A stretch of 64,000 nucleotides of DNA from Ptychomitrium polyphyllum. Taxonomy: Eukaryota. The notes beneath the pieces are model-generated. The model made no database searches. It worked only from the letters and a program-made list of their open reading frames with translations, and was not told where the DNA came from. The position numbers and the translations under genes are program-made. Shown piece by piece: positions 47,953-61,448 of the stretch; the first letter of the stretch is position 1, and each line of letters begins with the position of its first letter. Location of the stretch: assembly GCA_973851085.1 (NCBI GenBank), contig OZ316775.1, positions 22,072,001-22,136,000 on the forward strand, given 5' to 3'.

Positions 47953-50900
47953 TCACCTCTTCATTTAGCGACAAGTCCTATGAAGAGCTCTTCTTGTGGC
48001 TTGCAAGCTACATCTCTACAAATTCCAAAATTTGTCGAAGAACTGAAGCATTATATTTTGCCCGTTGATCTTTGTTTACTAGTTCAACTGGTCCTTGCAA
48101 GAAATGCCAATAACCACTAGCCAAGACTTTTGTTGTTAAAATGTCATAGCCCAAGATATAATCTTAATTAAGTCCTTCAAACATCTTCCAAACAGAATTT
48201 CGGATCCTCCAAGAGTGACTCTTCTAATTTCTAACAAGATGATTAGAATTTGAGCATCTAAATTAAAACTAGAATGTGGAAGGCAACTAGCCAATACTTC
48301 TACACAAGGTCATATTCGACATTGGAATGTCCCTCTCATATCTTGGCTTATATCCTCTGTTACTAAAGGCTGAGAAAGTTGAGTTGGCTCAACAGGTGCT
48401 GTTATTGATGAAGGCATGGCCGACTCTTCTTTACGCATATCCATGATGACACAAAAATTTGTTATACTAGCTAAGATCTAGAGATGATTGATCTTGGAAA
48501 TAATGTTGCATACAATTGGAGGTTTGGATATCTCTCTTCCCTTCTTATACTTGTCTATGGAAAAAACTTCTCTGTGAAGCTAATACCTACTAATAATACG
48601 TCATCACTGACTTGGTTTATAAGGATATCTTTGGTGAAATTTACATACTTTTTCAGATGCATTTATTACGATCATAAAAAATTCCCATGTCCGGTCATTG
48701 ATGCCATATCCTTGCCAATATATAAGATACTCCACATGTCCATTCTTGATGCATGAATCTAAAACCTCTTCGATTTCATTTTCCATTTCATTATTGATTT
48801 CCAGCAGAAAAGGCAGAGGAACAATTCTCTTTGGTATACATGATTTGTTATAAGTTTCTAACAACTATACATAAAACACTAGATGAATTTGCAAAATTGG
48901 TGGTTATTTGAGGCGTTTACTAACTGGATTTATTTAATCTTAAATTGTCCCAGTTTTTGATATTCTAACTTCTTTGATGGTCTTTTTATTTGTATATTTT
49001 GTCATAGAAGCCAAACGCTATCTCAACCTTGAACTTTGGATGGTCCTTTTTATGACAATCTACATAAGTTTTGTAACAATCTTGGGCTTATTGTAATTGA
49101 AAAGCAATTTCTTAGTGGATTTTAGCAAATTGAGTTGCAAAATCCTCTACTATAGGACTTCCAACATCCTTCACTTGAAATGGATTTGCTCGAGGATGAT
49201 GGCCGTAGTTTGCAAAGAATGAACTTTGAATTGTTGTAGAATGCATCCTATTATTGTAAAGAAACTCTGCCAAAGGCAAGACGTTTATTCTATTGTCTTG
49301 CTGATAGTTTATGCTACAAAGAAGGTATTGTTCAAAAAATTGATTCACATGTTTAGTTTGACCATCAGTCTACGGATGGTGTGCTAAAAAAAAGTTGATC
49401 TTCATGCGCAATAGTTTAAATAGAGCCTTTTAAAAGTTGGAAATGAACTGCGGCCCTCAATTGAATACAATATCATCTAGGAATCCATATATGCAATATA
49501 TCTGATTTAGGAACAACTTGACAATTTCTTCTCATGTTACCGTATTATTGCATAGAATAAAACTAATCCACAACTACCAAAATAGAATCTTTAGAATACG
49601 AATTTTAAAGGTTTGTGATAAAATCAATTGATAGTAATAACCATGGGTCTTTTGGCATTAGAAGCTGATGGAAGAGACCATGAAGTTGGTGTCTTGGTAC
49701 TTTGGCCCTTGTACAAGTGCCGCATAATTGAACAAAGTTGTACATGTATTTCCACATTTGCGGCCACTAATAATTTCTAGCAATCAATTCTATTGTTTAA
49801 TTGAATCCAAAATGCCCTGCTATTGGAAAATCATGACGTTTGCAAATGATCTTCAATTACAAAGGGCCTCGAGGTAGGTACAAAAGTCATTTATAATAAA
49901 GTAGGCCCTTTTGGAATTCAAAGTTATCATCACTATTGAAAGGATCTCCATTGTCTTTGAAGCACCTCCTCATATTTAAAATAAAAACATCATTCTTTAA
50001 AGCCTTCCAAATTTTGTTAAAATGGGATGTTGTAGTAATAATTGCTGCTTTCAATTGAAGATTCTTTGGCTTCAATAAAACAGTCCTTTATTGATCCAAA
50101 ACATCATCTCCAAGTTGAAGAGCTAAATAAGATATTTGAGGTAAGGCATCAAACTTATCTTATAGGCTATTAATTTGATAGATAATATCAAAGTCAAATC
50201 TAGAAAGCGACATATTCTATCTTACTTGACGGAAATTTAAAACACGCGCACTGATGAAATATTCCAAGTTCTTATGCTCTGTGTATATCATAATAGTATG
50301 TTGAGCTATTTCCAACAAGTGCCGCCATTCTTCAAACATATCCTCAATTGCAAATAATTCCTTATCATGTATATCATAGTTGATCTATGCCGCTAAGAAC
50401 TTCCTTGAATGAAAGGCAGCAGGATACAATCTCCCGTCTTCATCATATTGTGAGAGTACTGAGCCAAGTGCAAAATTTGAAGCATCCGCTTCCAAATAAA
50501 AAGGCTTTGATGGATTTTGATGAATAAAGATTGGAACCAACATAAATGACTTCTTAAGACCTTAAAATGTTGTTTCTACTTCTTTATTCCAAGTGAATTT
50601 TTACTTTCCTATAAGTCGTATCAATGATACCGCAATTTTGAAATAATCCTATAGAAGTTTGCAAATTCCAAGAAGCATTGAACATCTTGAATTGATCTTG
50701 GCATATTCCTTTCCATAACAATGTTTATTTTCTTCTCATCCAAATGGATTCTTCTTTTGGAAATGATATAGCCCAAAAGTTCAACCAAAGATTTGTAGAA
50801 AAGACACTTCTCCAATTTGGCATATAATCCACGTTGGCGTAATTTTTTTAAGATCAGTCGTATATGGCATTCGTGGTCTTTTTCATCCTTTGAATATATG

Positions 50901-50990
50901 AAAATGTCATTCAAATAGATGACTACAAATTTGTCCAAGTGTTCATGGAAGATATCATTCACCATGTATTGGAAAATTGGAGGCATTAGT
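47381..50990 (-). mobile_element. 5'-truncated Ty3/gypsy LTR retrotransposon (chromovirus) relic: RT-RNaseH-integrase-chromodomain, PPT and 3' LTR
   Basis: RT: FQYMVNDIF...VVIYLNDIFIYS...LYAKLEKC (50621-50986; YLDD mutated to YLND). RNase H: DASNFALGSVL...YDIHDKELFAI (~50340-50500). Integrase: NQFFEQYL...LPLAEFLYNN...FFANYGHHP (49112-49348). Chromodomain: EIEEVLDS...EYLIYWQGYGINDRTWE (48604-48864). Many stops and frameshifts. gag, protease and the 5' LTR are absent. Confidence 0.92.
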
Positions 50991-52413
50991 ATTCAAAATG
51001 ACTATATTGATAAAATCATCGTTAAATTAAAACTATATAATTCCACTTTAGTAATTAAATATAAACAAAATCAATAATCACTTAATTTCAAGAATATATG
51101 TATTATCACCATACATACTTGAATAATCAAATTTTACCACATAAGAATATGTAAGAATAAATACATTTATAAACTATAAGTTGTATGTGTTATGGATATA
51201 AATTATAAGAATGTTAAATTTACATCAAAATACAAAGAAATTGCTTAAATTAATTAGCAGAGGGATTATAACTTGATTAATAATATAAAAAACAATATTG
51301 TTACAATATATAATTATTTTGAAAATCTACAAAAGATATTGATAATTTATGAAGAATTTTGAAATAAGTTCATAATTAATGTAAAAATAATTAAATGTAT
51401 TAAAGTACATTAATTGTATTGCAATGGATTTAAATAAGTCTAAAGAAATATAAGCATGCTTAAAGAGCAAAGCAACATAAAACATTAGCATTAATAATAA
51501 GCATATTAATTACTTGGCATTTGTAGAATAAATAACATTTTTAAGATGCATTGAATGATGTATGAAGAGTTATTGTTAAAACTAGAAAACACTGAAAAAT
51601 AACTATAATGAGTACCAAAATAAATAAGATATTAATTATTTTTACTATAATAAAAAAAAATATAGATTTGAACTAGAGTAATTTAATCCTTAAGTAAAAA
51701 AATCCTAGTTCAAAAAGAATAACAATTAAAAGCATGAGCTGAATTTACTTTATAATTGATTATTAAACAATTAAGAAGTTAAAATGAATAATATAAATTT
51801 TTTAAATGTTTATACACTACAAAGGTCTATATTTTTTAGATGAGAGTTTTTTATGTCAATTTGACCTACAAGAAAGTGCATTTTAAAAGTAAAATATCAA
51901 ATCTTTTTAATTAATAAGGTTCAACTACATTAATATCCAAAGGTTGCATTTATAAAAAATACAAGTATTTGTTATAGATTAGTTAGTATTCCTCACCTTT
52001 TAATAAACTTGAAACTACAAAATTTGGATTTTAAGTATAATTTAATTATTTATTATCTTTCTCCAATTATTTAAATTTTGCTAATATATATTATAGATAA
52101 TTTGGAATTTTGACTAAATAACTTAATTAATAAAAAAAAACAAACTTTATAATAATATTCTTTACTATAAATCATTGTCTCATGATTCCAATCCTTTGAA
52201 TCTACTACAATTCTATTATCTTGACTTCTTCATTTACGATGAATATAACTTGGAATTCTACATGCATACACCAAATTTGCAAAATCTAACATACATTTCT
52301 TATTTCTCTTTAAATCTAGATATGGCTAGTACAAGAAAATATGGTAGGTCCTTTTGTACTCAAATCTGATATTTTCAAGATTCCATACTTGCATATAATT
52401 GTTTCATATACTA

Positions 52414-52415
<2 letters not shown>

Positions 52416-52445
<30 letters not shown>
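52416..52445. repeat. (AT)n microsatellite
   Basis: About 15 AT units. Confidence 0.95.
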
Positions 52446-52448
<3 letters not shown>

Positions 52449-55299
52449 GAGTTTGGTGATATAACAAATGAAAATTGTTCTTATTTTATTATTTAATATA
52501 GGTTAATCTATGAATGTGCTTTTGATGCATTCGAACATAATTTAAAAAAAAATCCAATGCATTTAAAAGTTTATTAATTTGAAAATCATATGAATAAATT
52601 ATGAATTTTCAAAATTCATAATATAAATTGACCTACTACCATGACATAATGTCTAATGTTCAAATGTAGTGCATCTTTGTAATCACATTTCTTCACTTTC
52701 CAAGATCTCTTAATATTATCCAAAATTACCCAAGATTTTAGTAAGCGACAAATATATGTCAAGTCATGATTATGAATTGTCCTACCTCTTACATCATTAT
52801 ATATAACATCAGCACCTCACATGCAATACACACGCAGACACAATGATCTTACTCCTCTACTTTTCATCTCATTTGTTCATGGAAAGAATAAAGGAATGTA
52901 TATTCTAATCAATCTTTTAAGGGGCAATCCACATCAATCCTGAAATTCACAAGTAACCTTGTACAAATAAAATTGTTCATATGCTGTAACAACTTGTCCA
53001 TCTAAACAAACCTTGTTGACCATGTACAAGGATCATTACTATACGTGACTGTACATGGATTCAATATGTTCCTGCTATGTTCCTACTTTAAACCATCGAA
53101 CCTGATGGTCGTGCTCATTGTACTTTTTAGCTTACTTTTTGTCGTACTTTTTATCATACTTTTCATCAGAGGCTTGTCAACCATGAACCCTGCTTGGTGG
53201 CCCCAGCGAGCTTCATGGATCCATGTGTGGCCACACTTAGAGCTCCAGCTCCTGCGCTCGAGATGTCTCCGCTCCAGGCCAGTCGCTTGCACAGATCTGC
53301 AAGGACGTCATTTGAGTCAGTTCAAATGCTTTCTCGCATCAGTTGCATCTCCTTCATTCTTTCGTTGTCGATGTGGGTTCCTGTGCATGTTCCATATCGC
53401 CGCACCAGCGTCTGTGCTTCCGATTGTGCAGTTTTGGTGAGAGTTGTGTGAGGGTTGTTCCTTCGTGCTCTGCGTGCTCTGCGTGGTTGTGTGGTTGTTT
53501 GTGGGCGGACGTTCGTGCGAGGGTCTTTCCTTGGTGGGATTACCGTTTTGGTGGGCTGCGTGAGGCCACTGGATTGTGAGTGTAGCAGGAATTGATGCGC
53601 ACCGGTTTCATCCTACGTGGAATCTTACGTGGCACAAAAATTGCACCCAAATCTTTGGTTGGCTTAATGAAAGTGGATGAGGTTTTTATTTGCCCAAATT
53701 TCGAACATGGGTTGAATTGCACCAAATGTACCTCACTTGGTTGATTGATTCCAATTCCACCTACTGTTGCTTCCGAATCTAGCCAACTTCCAAATTGTGA
53801 TTAGTCCTAATATATATAGTAGGCCCAAGATGATTTTATTAGTGTTGTGTTGATTCCAGTATGTGTATGCTAAGTGAGTGCTTGAGTATTGACTTTGTAT
53901 ACAAAAACAATGTGCATACAAAACTCTTGATTCTTACATCCATTAACACATTGCAAATTTTGTGTTAAATGTAAAAGTTGAAGCTTATTAGTATGAAAAT
54001 CTCAGTTTAAATACTAAGAATCAATTCTTAGATTCTTGAAAGTTCATTTTTTATTAGTAAAGCTGGGAAGTAGTTGATGAAGAAGCATTAACGAAATAAA
54101 ATCCTAATTTATTTAAAAAAGCTTCAAAAAATGTTTGTAATACCACATCACGTGCCTTTGACGCAACATTGAATTATTACATGATCAATTTAATTGACAT
54201 TTAACTTCAATTTTTCACATCAAAACCATTTATTATGATTTTATTTATTTTGTGAATTCATAATCATTAAGAATTCGGAAATTTGAAATTGATGTAATCT
54301 TTGTCTTGTATATTTCATATTGATGGGCTAATATTAACAAAAAAAAATAAAAGCATCAAATAGATATGAGATTAATTTTGATGCATGGACTTATCAATGA
54401 AGATAGATACATAGAGATCAAAATTAAAAATAAATTACTTAATGAAAGGTATGTATTTATAAATCATTGAATTTATCTTATTAAATGATAAAATCAATAT
54501 TCAATGTGGATGGAATTTATGTAAAACTGTAATATACTCAATTAAAATAAATTCCCTTTTGAATAATTTTTTAGTTTGTAAAATTTAATAAGTTAATAAT
54601 AAAATAATCATGTATTATAAAGAAATTTGAATGATTTTAAAATATTAAAAAATGGAAGTCAAATAATATTGCAAAATGGTCTATTATTAAGTTTTTTAAG
54701 ATGTAAAAAATTTAGTATAAATTTCAATTAATATGATGAACATGAATCATAACTAATATTCATAAGAAGGCATCAAATTTTTCAATAATTACAAATTACT
54801 AAAATATTTATATGTTTTAAACTCACATATTAAATATCAAAATTCTAATTTCATATCATATCTAATATTGGTTTGTTTATTTGAAATCAAAATTACTAAA
54901 CTTTTTTAATATCCTATGTTTTAATTCTTATAAGGTAAAAATATTTGTTTTTTCAAATTTGAATAATATTTCAAAATATTGAATATATAAATTTGTTTAA
55001 TAAATAACCATATTAATTTTTGTTTATTTGACATCAAGAATTCTTTTGAAATATTAAATGCATGAGCTCTATTTTTGAATAAATAATTATATAAATGATT
55101 GTTAAAAAATATTATAAATGCAATTGTTTTTTCAATGTAATTAATGGCCATAAACTAATTTTTTGATTAAATCTCTTATTTTCAATTCATGATGGTATTC
55201 AAAGAAATTGGTATTATTTAATTTACTAAATATAAAGGAAATCTAATATTGAGAGCTTCAAATCTTAATTATAAAACCTCTTTCTTTAATGTAAAATCT

Positions 55300-55470
55300 T
55301 TAAAATTTAAATCTTTTTACATTAACATGCTGAAGCCATTTTATGGATGTTTCTTAACTCAATAATACTTGAGTTTTACAAAGTTGAATTCTTCAAATTT
55401 TTAGTAATAAAAATGATAAAAATAATACCACTTTACATAATGGTGGTGAATATATTAAAATAAATTAAAT
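55300..55470 (+). mobile_element. Possible highly decayed Ty1/copia integrase trace within AT-rich DNA
   Basis: Fragments SHF/LWMFL ... IKI.. /HNGGEY resemble the copia SR.TWVYFL...IK.LRSDNGGEY motif. They are heavily frameshifted and the evidence is weak. Confidence 0.25.
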
Positions 55471-57597
55471 AAAATTGTGGATTTTAAAATAAAACCCATC
55501 AAAAAAATTCAATAAAAAAAAAAAAAAAACCGTGTGCTTAAATCAGCCTTGATTTTCTAATTATACAACTAGATCACAAATACATTGAAGTGCAAGTACA
55601 CAGTAACTTACATAGGTTAATTCCATTCTAACAATTTTAAAGAAGTCATAATAGTAGTTCCAAAATCTACTAAAATTTGTTGCAATTCTACTTAATAAGA
55701 TTACTTATTATAAATTTAATTAAATCATATTAAGCTTACTTTCATTTTTGCATTCTAGGACTAGTTTAGCCTTTCATATTAGTTTCCAAAAGTGTTCTTT
55801 GTAGTTCCACAAAATCACACAATCCTTCAGAAACTTTGAGTTGTATCTTCAATTTCTAAAAATAATTATCTCAAGTTACAGTAGTGTTTTTGTTGTTTTG
55901 CTCAAAAACTTGTGTAGTATACAAAAGATTATCTTGTTAAAATCAATATTTACTTTTCTCCCATAAAAACGTTTTCTTTCCTATGAATGAAAACTCAAGA
56001 AGTGTTTCCAAAAACTTGGGACTGTCCCAAGTAACCTAATCTACATTCAGTATGCCGAAACTGAGAAGGTATAGATGTATGGTTGATTTTCACATCCTAA
56101 TCAATTCGAATTTGTGATCCTTGAGCCTCCCATACCCACTGTGATTGCACGGACTTCTACACCCTCCCCATCAGTACATACGGTACACCGCAGAATTGAT
56201 CACACTACATCCACATGTGTAAAGTACCACTATTTTCCCTGAAAAACGAAATCTTCGGCTTCTGAATACTCCTAGAATCCCTTGCGATCCCAACCGGGTG
56301 GGAAATCTTAACTCACATAATACAAATTCTACTAGTGCATTTTATCTTCCTAACCGCGAAATCTACAACCTTCCATATCAAATCCACAAAATACCTAGAT
56401 CCTGACCCAGATGAATGGAATGCCAATCCAAAAACATCACTAGTTTGCCTTCACCAGAACGGAATCTGAGATTCTCAATGGAAACATCCACAGAGTCAAT
56501 AGAAGTACTGCATTTCATTCTTCGCGAGATCCAAATCAACGATTTTCCTATCGCTATCCACGGGAGGAGTAGATCTTAGACCAGGTGGGGACTACGAACG
56601 CGTAATGAACGGATGAGTTCCAATAATGAATCCCTGCAAGCCGTGATTTCCATTTTACGTTGACAAGGGCCTGTCACTGCCGTGGGGATGGTCCCACAAG
56701 CATACAGAGAGTGTTGCCTTTTCGCTGCGGCGCCACCTTCACCAATCGCTCGCCATCGCTAGCCACACCTGGAGTAGGAACATTAACCGGAGCGCTCTCA
56801 TCAGGTGTCGTCTGCACTTTCGGTGTGTTTCGGACAGGCCACACATGAGTGTGTCAGGAAGCAGGGCCTAGAGTGGAGATTTCGCTGCAGATCCTGCACT
56901 ATGAGCTGAGAGGACTCAGCAGGTGGCTGAGCGAGTATATTTAGGTGGTGAGGATATTTACGCTGAAGGTGGCTATATTGGAGTCTAACTTGGTTTAAGT
57001 TCCGGGTATGTCTTTTAATGGATAGTGATGGCATTTCTAACCTATCGTTTCGCGTTGCCAGGGCTCTTCTGAGTTGCTTCCAACATAGCGTTTGGTGAAC
57101 TATCGGAGTGATTGATGCGGGGATTGTTGTGAGATATGTCCGGCACTCGGTGCGTCTGATTACTGAGGAGCTTTGCAATGCTGGTAGGTGTTCATGCGCG
57201 CGTTTGATGTGATTGTGTAGATTAACAGTAGGTTTTTGGTATCGATCTGAGTTGGCGGTCATGGCGGGTTATTTTGGCTTTTTGTGAGCTGGGATGATGC
57301 GGCTGCTGTTGAGGTTTTTTGGGATATGTTGATGTTGAGGGTATGAGGGATGTGAAGTGGCGTGCATTGTTTTGTATTGGCGTGTTCTTTGCGTGTGCGT
57401 TTGGGTAGAAGAAGCCGACGGTAGTTTTTTCCTGCGGTGCAGACTTGGGAGCGTGGCACTGATTACCGCTTTGTAGATCGTTGGTTTTGAGGGATGCGGG
57501 CGGACGTTGTAGTCTTTGCCACTGCATACGCCGTGTGGATCGTTAGTCCTGAGGAGATAGGGAAAGGGTGCCTGCGATAGCTCCCAGGAGCATTCGG

Positions 57598-57664
57598 ATT
57601 TTGAGAAGATTTCGTTTCTGTCCTTCCATTTTGAGAAGATTTCGTTTCTGTTCTTCCATTTTGA
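57598..57664. repeat. 30-bp tandem duplication in the probable 5'UTR intron of the methyltransferase gene
   Basis: ATTTTGAGAAGATTTCGTTTCTGTYCTTCC x2, plus a partial third copy. Confidence 0.9.
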
Positions 57665-58562
57665 ATTGTTTTTGACACAAATCTATCTGGTGAGTCATTT
57701 GAGCAGCATTGGAAGACTCCTCTGTGGCCTGCATTATTATAATGCCAATGATTTCTTAGTGCCATCTTGATCGTGATTGTCATCTTATCTCTGTCGTACA
57801 CGTAGGACTTCTCCTATTTCCTCGTATGACGACCAGATGTTGATTCTACAGTAGTTATCAGTAGAATCTCCTGATCCTCTGGAGGTTGTGATTTTGACGT
57901 TATCGAGGATCCCCTAACTTTGTCGTTGCGTAAACAATCTGTTTCCAAGTTCCAACACCTTGTGTGTGCTTTTCCTGACTAGGTCTTCACCTAAGAGTCT
58001 CCCACACTGAACTGCCATAAGCATGTTAATCAAGCCCAATTGATCATGTTGCCCAATCGGCATTCTTCGCCGTCCGGTAGTTGCCTTGGGAGCCGCACCG
58101 TGCACTATTTTGATTTGGTTCCATTTGTATAGTCAACCAATTTAGTGCAGATAAATAATTTCCCCATAGTAGTGGTACTCTTCCGTGTACTCTGCCGTGA
58201 ATCTACAAGGCGAGCGTTTCGTACAAGTTAGTTGTTAGTGACCAAGTTTGATAGAGTCCTTTTTCCAGTTGTTCAGCTTTATGTTCTCGATTGTGATTTC
58301 ATAGTGGAGAGGGAACCTCTAGAGCAGTGTCTTGTTAGGGCTGATATCCTTGACAAATCATTAGTTGGGGTTTGTTTGTGTGCTTGCAGAGAGTTTAATT
58401 CCTGATTTTCCCGATTGTACGGCGTCTACACGGAAACCTGCAATTTATGAGCACAGCAGGGGTGGGGCGAGTTTTGCTGAATGAAGTGGAGGTGAAGTGT
58501 TTAAAGTTCCTAGCACTCAAATAATATTCACAGTAGTGTAGAGACAGAGACATCAATTCAAC

Positions 58563-59579
58563 ATGACTTACTTCGGCGATTTGCAAGCGGTCGGTCGAAG
58601 CGCTTCTCCGAGAGTATACTATTTCGTGATTGCATGTCTTCTTAGTTACATACTCTTAGACTTTGTATTGCACCACTCGGGGACATCGCAATGTGCAGAT
58701 TTGGTTTTCAATGCAGCTAAAGCAAAAGCAGAGAGAGCTGGAAGCAGATCCGAGACTTCCGTGACAGAAGATCTTATTTGTGGCTCAGTAATAGGTCACC
58801 TTAATTCTGGACCTAAACTGCCGGTTGCGAAAGCATGGAACCAGATGAAGTGGATAGGATCTCCGGCTAGATGTAAGGTCAAGGGGCACTTGATTGAGAG
58901 CTTGGATGAGATGAACAATTTTCGACGTGGTTTCGCATTGAAATTCGTCGGTGACGTGGAAGATAAAACCATGCTACTGCCATGGCTTTATGGGAGCAAA
59001 GTTGATCTCAACAAAAGAAAGCGTCGTGTGTATCTTGATTTGGGGGCTAACAATTTCCACACCAGTGTACAGTGGTTCTCGAGAATGTATCCGTGTGATT
59101 TTACTGAGGTTCATGCATTCGAAGTGGCGAAAGATCTTTTCAAGATTCCGAAGCCAGGCTTTGACGAGAAGACAAATTGGAGCCCAGAAAACTCTCACTC
59201 AATTCGTGTCAAACAGCAGCCTCAAATACCAGACTGGATGGTCGAGCGTATCAAACTCTACAACACGTATGTTTCTGATGCCGACGGTGATAATGCCATC
59301 AACATCACACGGTTTATTAAACAAGAGTTGAAGCTGGCTGCTGACGACACTGTCGTAGTGAAAATGGACATAGAGGGAGCGGAATGGCCCATTTTGCAGA
59401 GATGGTTACTTGACCCCGAGTTGGCTGAAATTATTGACGAGCTGTTTGTGGAGATCCACTACCGTCATAGCACCATGCTTGATTACCACTGGGGCCATTT
59501 CAGTCACTCACGTGAGGAGGCGACCAGATTGATTGCCAGCCTTCGAGCAAAAGGCTACTTCATTCACGCTTGGCCTTGA
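58563..59579 (+). CDS. Type II membrane FkbM-like (Methyltransf_21) SAM-dependent methyltransferase, 338 aa, single coding exon
   Basis: N-terminal TM (VYYFVIACLLSYILLDFVL). Motifs VYLDLGAN, VHAFE, VVVKMDIEGAEW, IDELFVEIH are typical of FkbM-family methyltransferases. The 5'UTR is probably spliced (donor near 57006, acceptor near 58389). Confidence 0.85.
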   Translation: MTYFGDLQAVGRSASPRVYYFVIACLLSYILLDFVLHHSGTSQCADLVFNAAKAKAERAGSRSETSVTEDLICGSVIGHLNSGPKLPVAKAWNQMKWIGSPARCKVKGHLIESLDEMNNFRRGFALKFVGDVEDKTMLLPWLYGSKVDLNKRKRRVYLDLGANNFHTSVQWFSRMYPCDFTEVHAFEVAKDLFKIPKPGFDEKTNWSPENSHSIRVKQQPQIPDWMVERIKLYNTYVSDADGDNAINITRFIKQELKLAADDTVVVKMDIEGAEWPILQRWLLDPELAEIIDELFVEIHYRHSTMLDYHWGHFSHSREEATRLIASLRAKGYFIHAWP

Positions 59580-61448
59580 CTGTCTTTACTTTCGCCTCCA
59601 CGAACAGAAGCCTTTGAGGTATGCAAGCTGCGTTGGAGCCTTTTGTAACTCAGGAATTCATGACATTTTTGCAATTTTTTCGTATTATTTTCCATTAGCG
59701 AGTTTTTGGCGCATTTAGTATCATTCAAGCGATGTATTTTAGCTAGTCGAGTTTAGCGGTTGACAATATGAGTTACAGTCTGTAATATTTTCTTTAAGAT
59801 ATATTTCACGTGTTATACATGTTCTCATATCGGACACGTGTGATCGTGAGTGCTTTGTGGGTAATTATTTCAGCTGGAAGATTCTCAGCTAGCTTCCTTT
59901 TGCAAAATCTCAAGTTCTTTTACAACTCAAGAGCTCTGTGTTCGTGCCTTCAGCTGTAGTTGTGTTTTTGTGATTCTGTTCCCTCTTGTTCATTAGTGTA
60001 TCCCGGAGTTCTAAACTTGGGTAATGAAACTGAATTGCCCTCTCTTTAACTTAAGGTTTTCTATATAATGTCGTTTACTGTGGAACTATTCTTTCAAACA
60101 ACTTGCTCATTTGTGTACCGAATTCAACATTGCGGAAAATGTTGCATCGGACGAAATATGACTTCCACAAAGTAGGTCTGCGGAGCTTGTTTTGAGGTTC
60201 TGAAACCTCTACCTCTGCAATTACGGTATGTGTAAGAACTTAAATCGTACTTGCAGTATCGCAGGCAGCGCTTTATTTGTTGGTATCATCCATAGAAGGA
60301 AATCAACCGCTGCTGTACTGCCTTGGCTTCCTTTGATATTGTAGTTGATTTAATTATGGAGTGTAAGATATTGTAACTCGCTGATGCATTTGCTTGTGAC
60401 CCATTTCTTAACCAAATGAGGCGTCCTGTTCATTGTAAGGCAGGGCAATCTATCACCGTGACTTTTTGAGAAGGCCTAGGATTTCATGTGACAGGAGAAT
60501 TCTACCACTTTCTAGCATGAAATTTTTGCAGGACGTCCACAAGTGCTTTGCACGAGGTCCACAGACTTAAGACAGCACATGTCACATTTCCATTTACTGA
60601 AAAGCACGAAAGTATGAACACACCCTTTAGATTACCACCAACTATCCTTTGATAACAGACAGCTGTGAGTCATTCTCTGATTTTCCAAAATGATGCAACA
60701 TTCAGATATCCTTTCTTAAACCACAGAAACTTTCCCATTTCTACTATTCATAGGAAAGGAATTATTATATCTATTTTTAGGTTCACTTCACACGCATTTA
60801 AAGGACAGATTGTTTTCGCATCAATTTTAGTTTGATCCCAAAAAATAGATTCTGAGAATATTTAGTTCATCCACATGAACTGAATTCACGAACGACAAAA
60901 GAACGGTCCTCTTTCCACAACTCAATGGCTCAGTAGGAAGACATATCTGTAGCAATAAGACTGAATGCCCAAAATAGCAAATTCTCCTATCTGCTTGCAT
61001 GAGAGCTTTCCGAAATTAGCTGAAATGCGGTTACACGCTCGTGCAACATGAAAAAGAACACTTTGAAGTAACAAAACTACCAAACAATCAACTTGTCAAC
61101 GAAGACAAACTAATTGGTATAAAATCTTGTTATCATTGCAAGCCTTCGTAAAACTACAATTATTACAGTCCTCAACAATACTGAGAAATAGCACCTCTAC
61201 ATCACCTACCTCGCTAAGGTGAAACCAAGCTGGTCAAGAATACGAAGTGTGTACTCTGCAGCAGATGATGCAACGCTCACCACCAAAACTGCGAATCACA
61301 CAGAGCTTCACCGCTGCCGCATACATCCCGCTCTACACACTCGCACACGCAGACGCAGACACACACTCACACACACACGCGCGGCACGCGCACGACGTGC
61401 CGATGCTCGTCGAGAGAAAAACCGAGGCCTATGTACACGTCCCGCGCC

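Noticed and set aside
53045..53580. Short ORFs in a GC-richer island
   Set aside because: No recognisable protein, consistent splice structure or hairpin.
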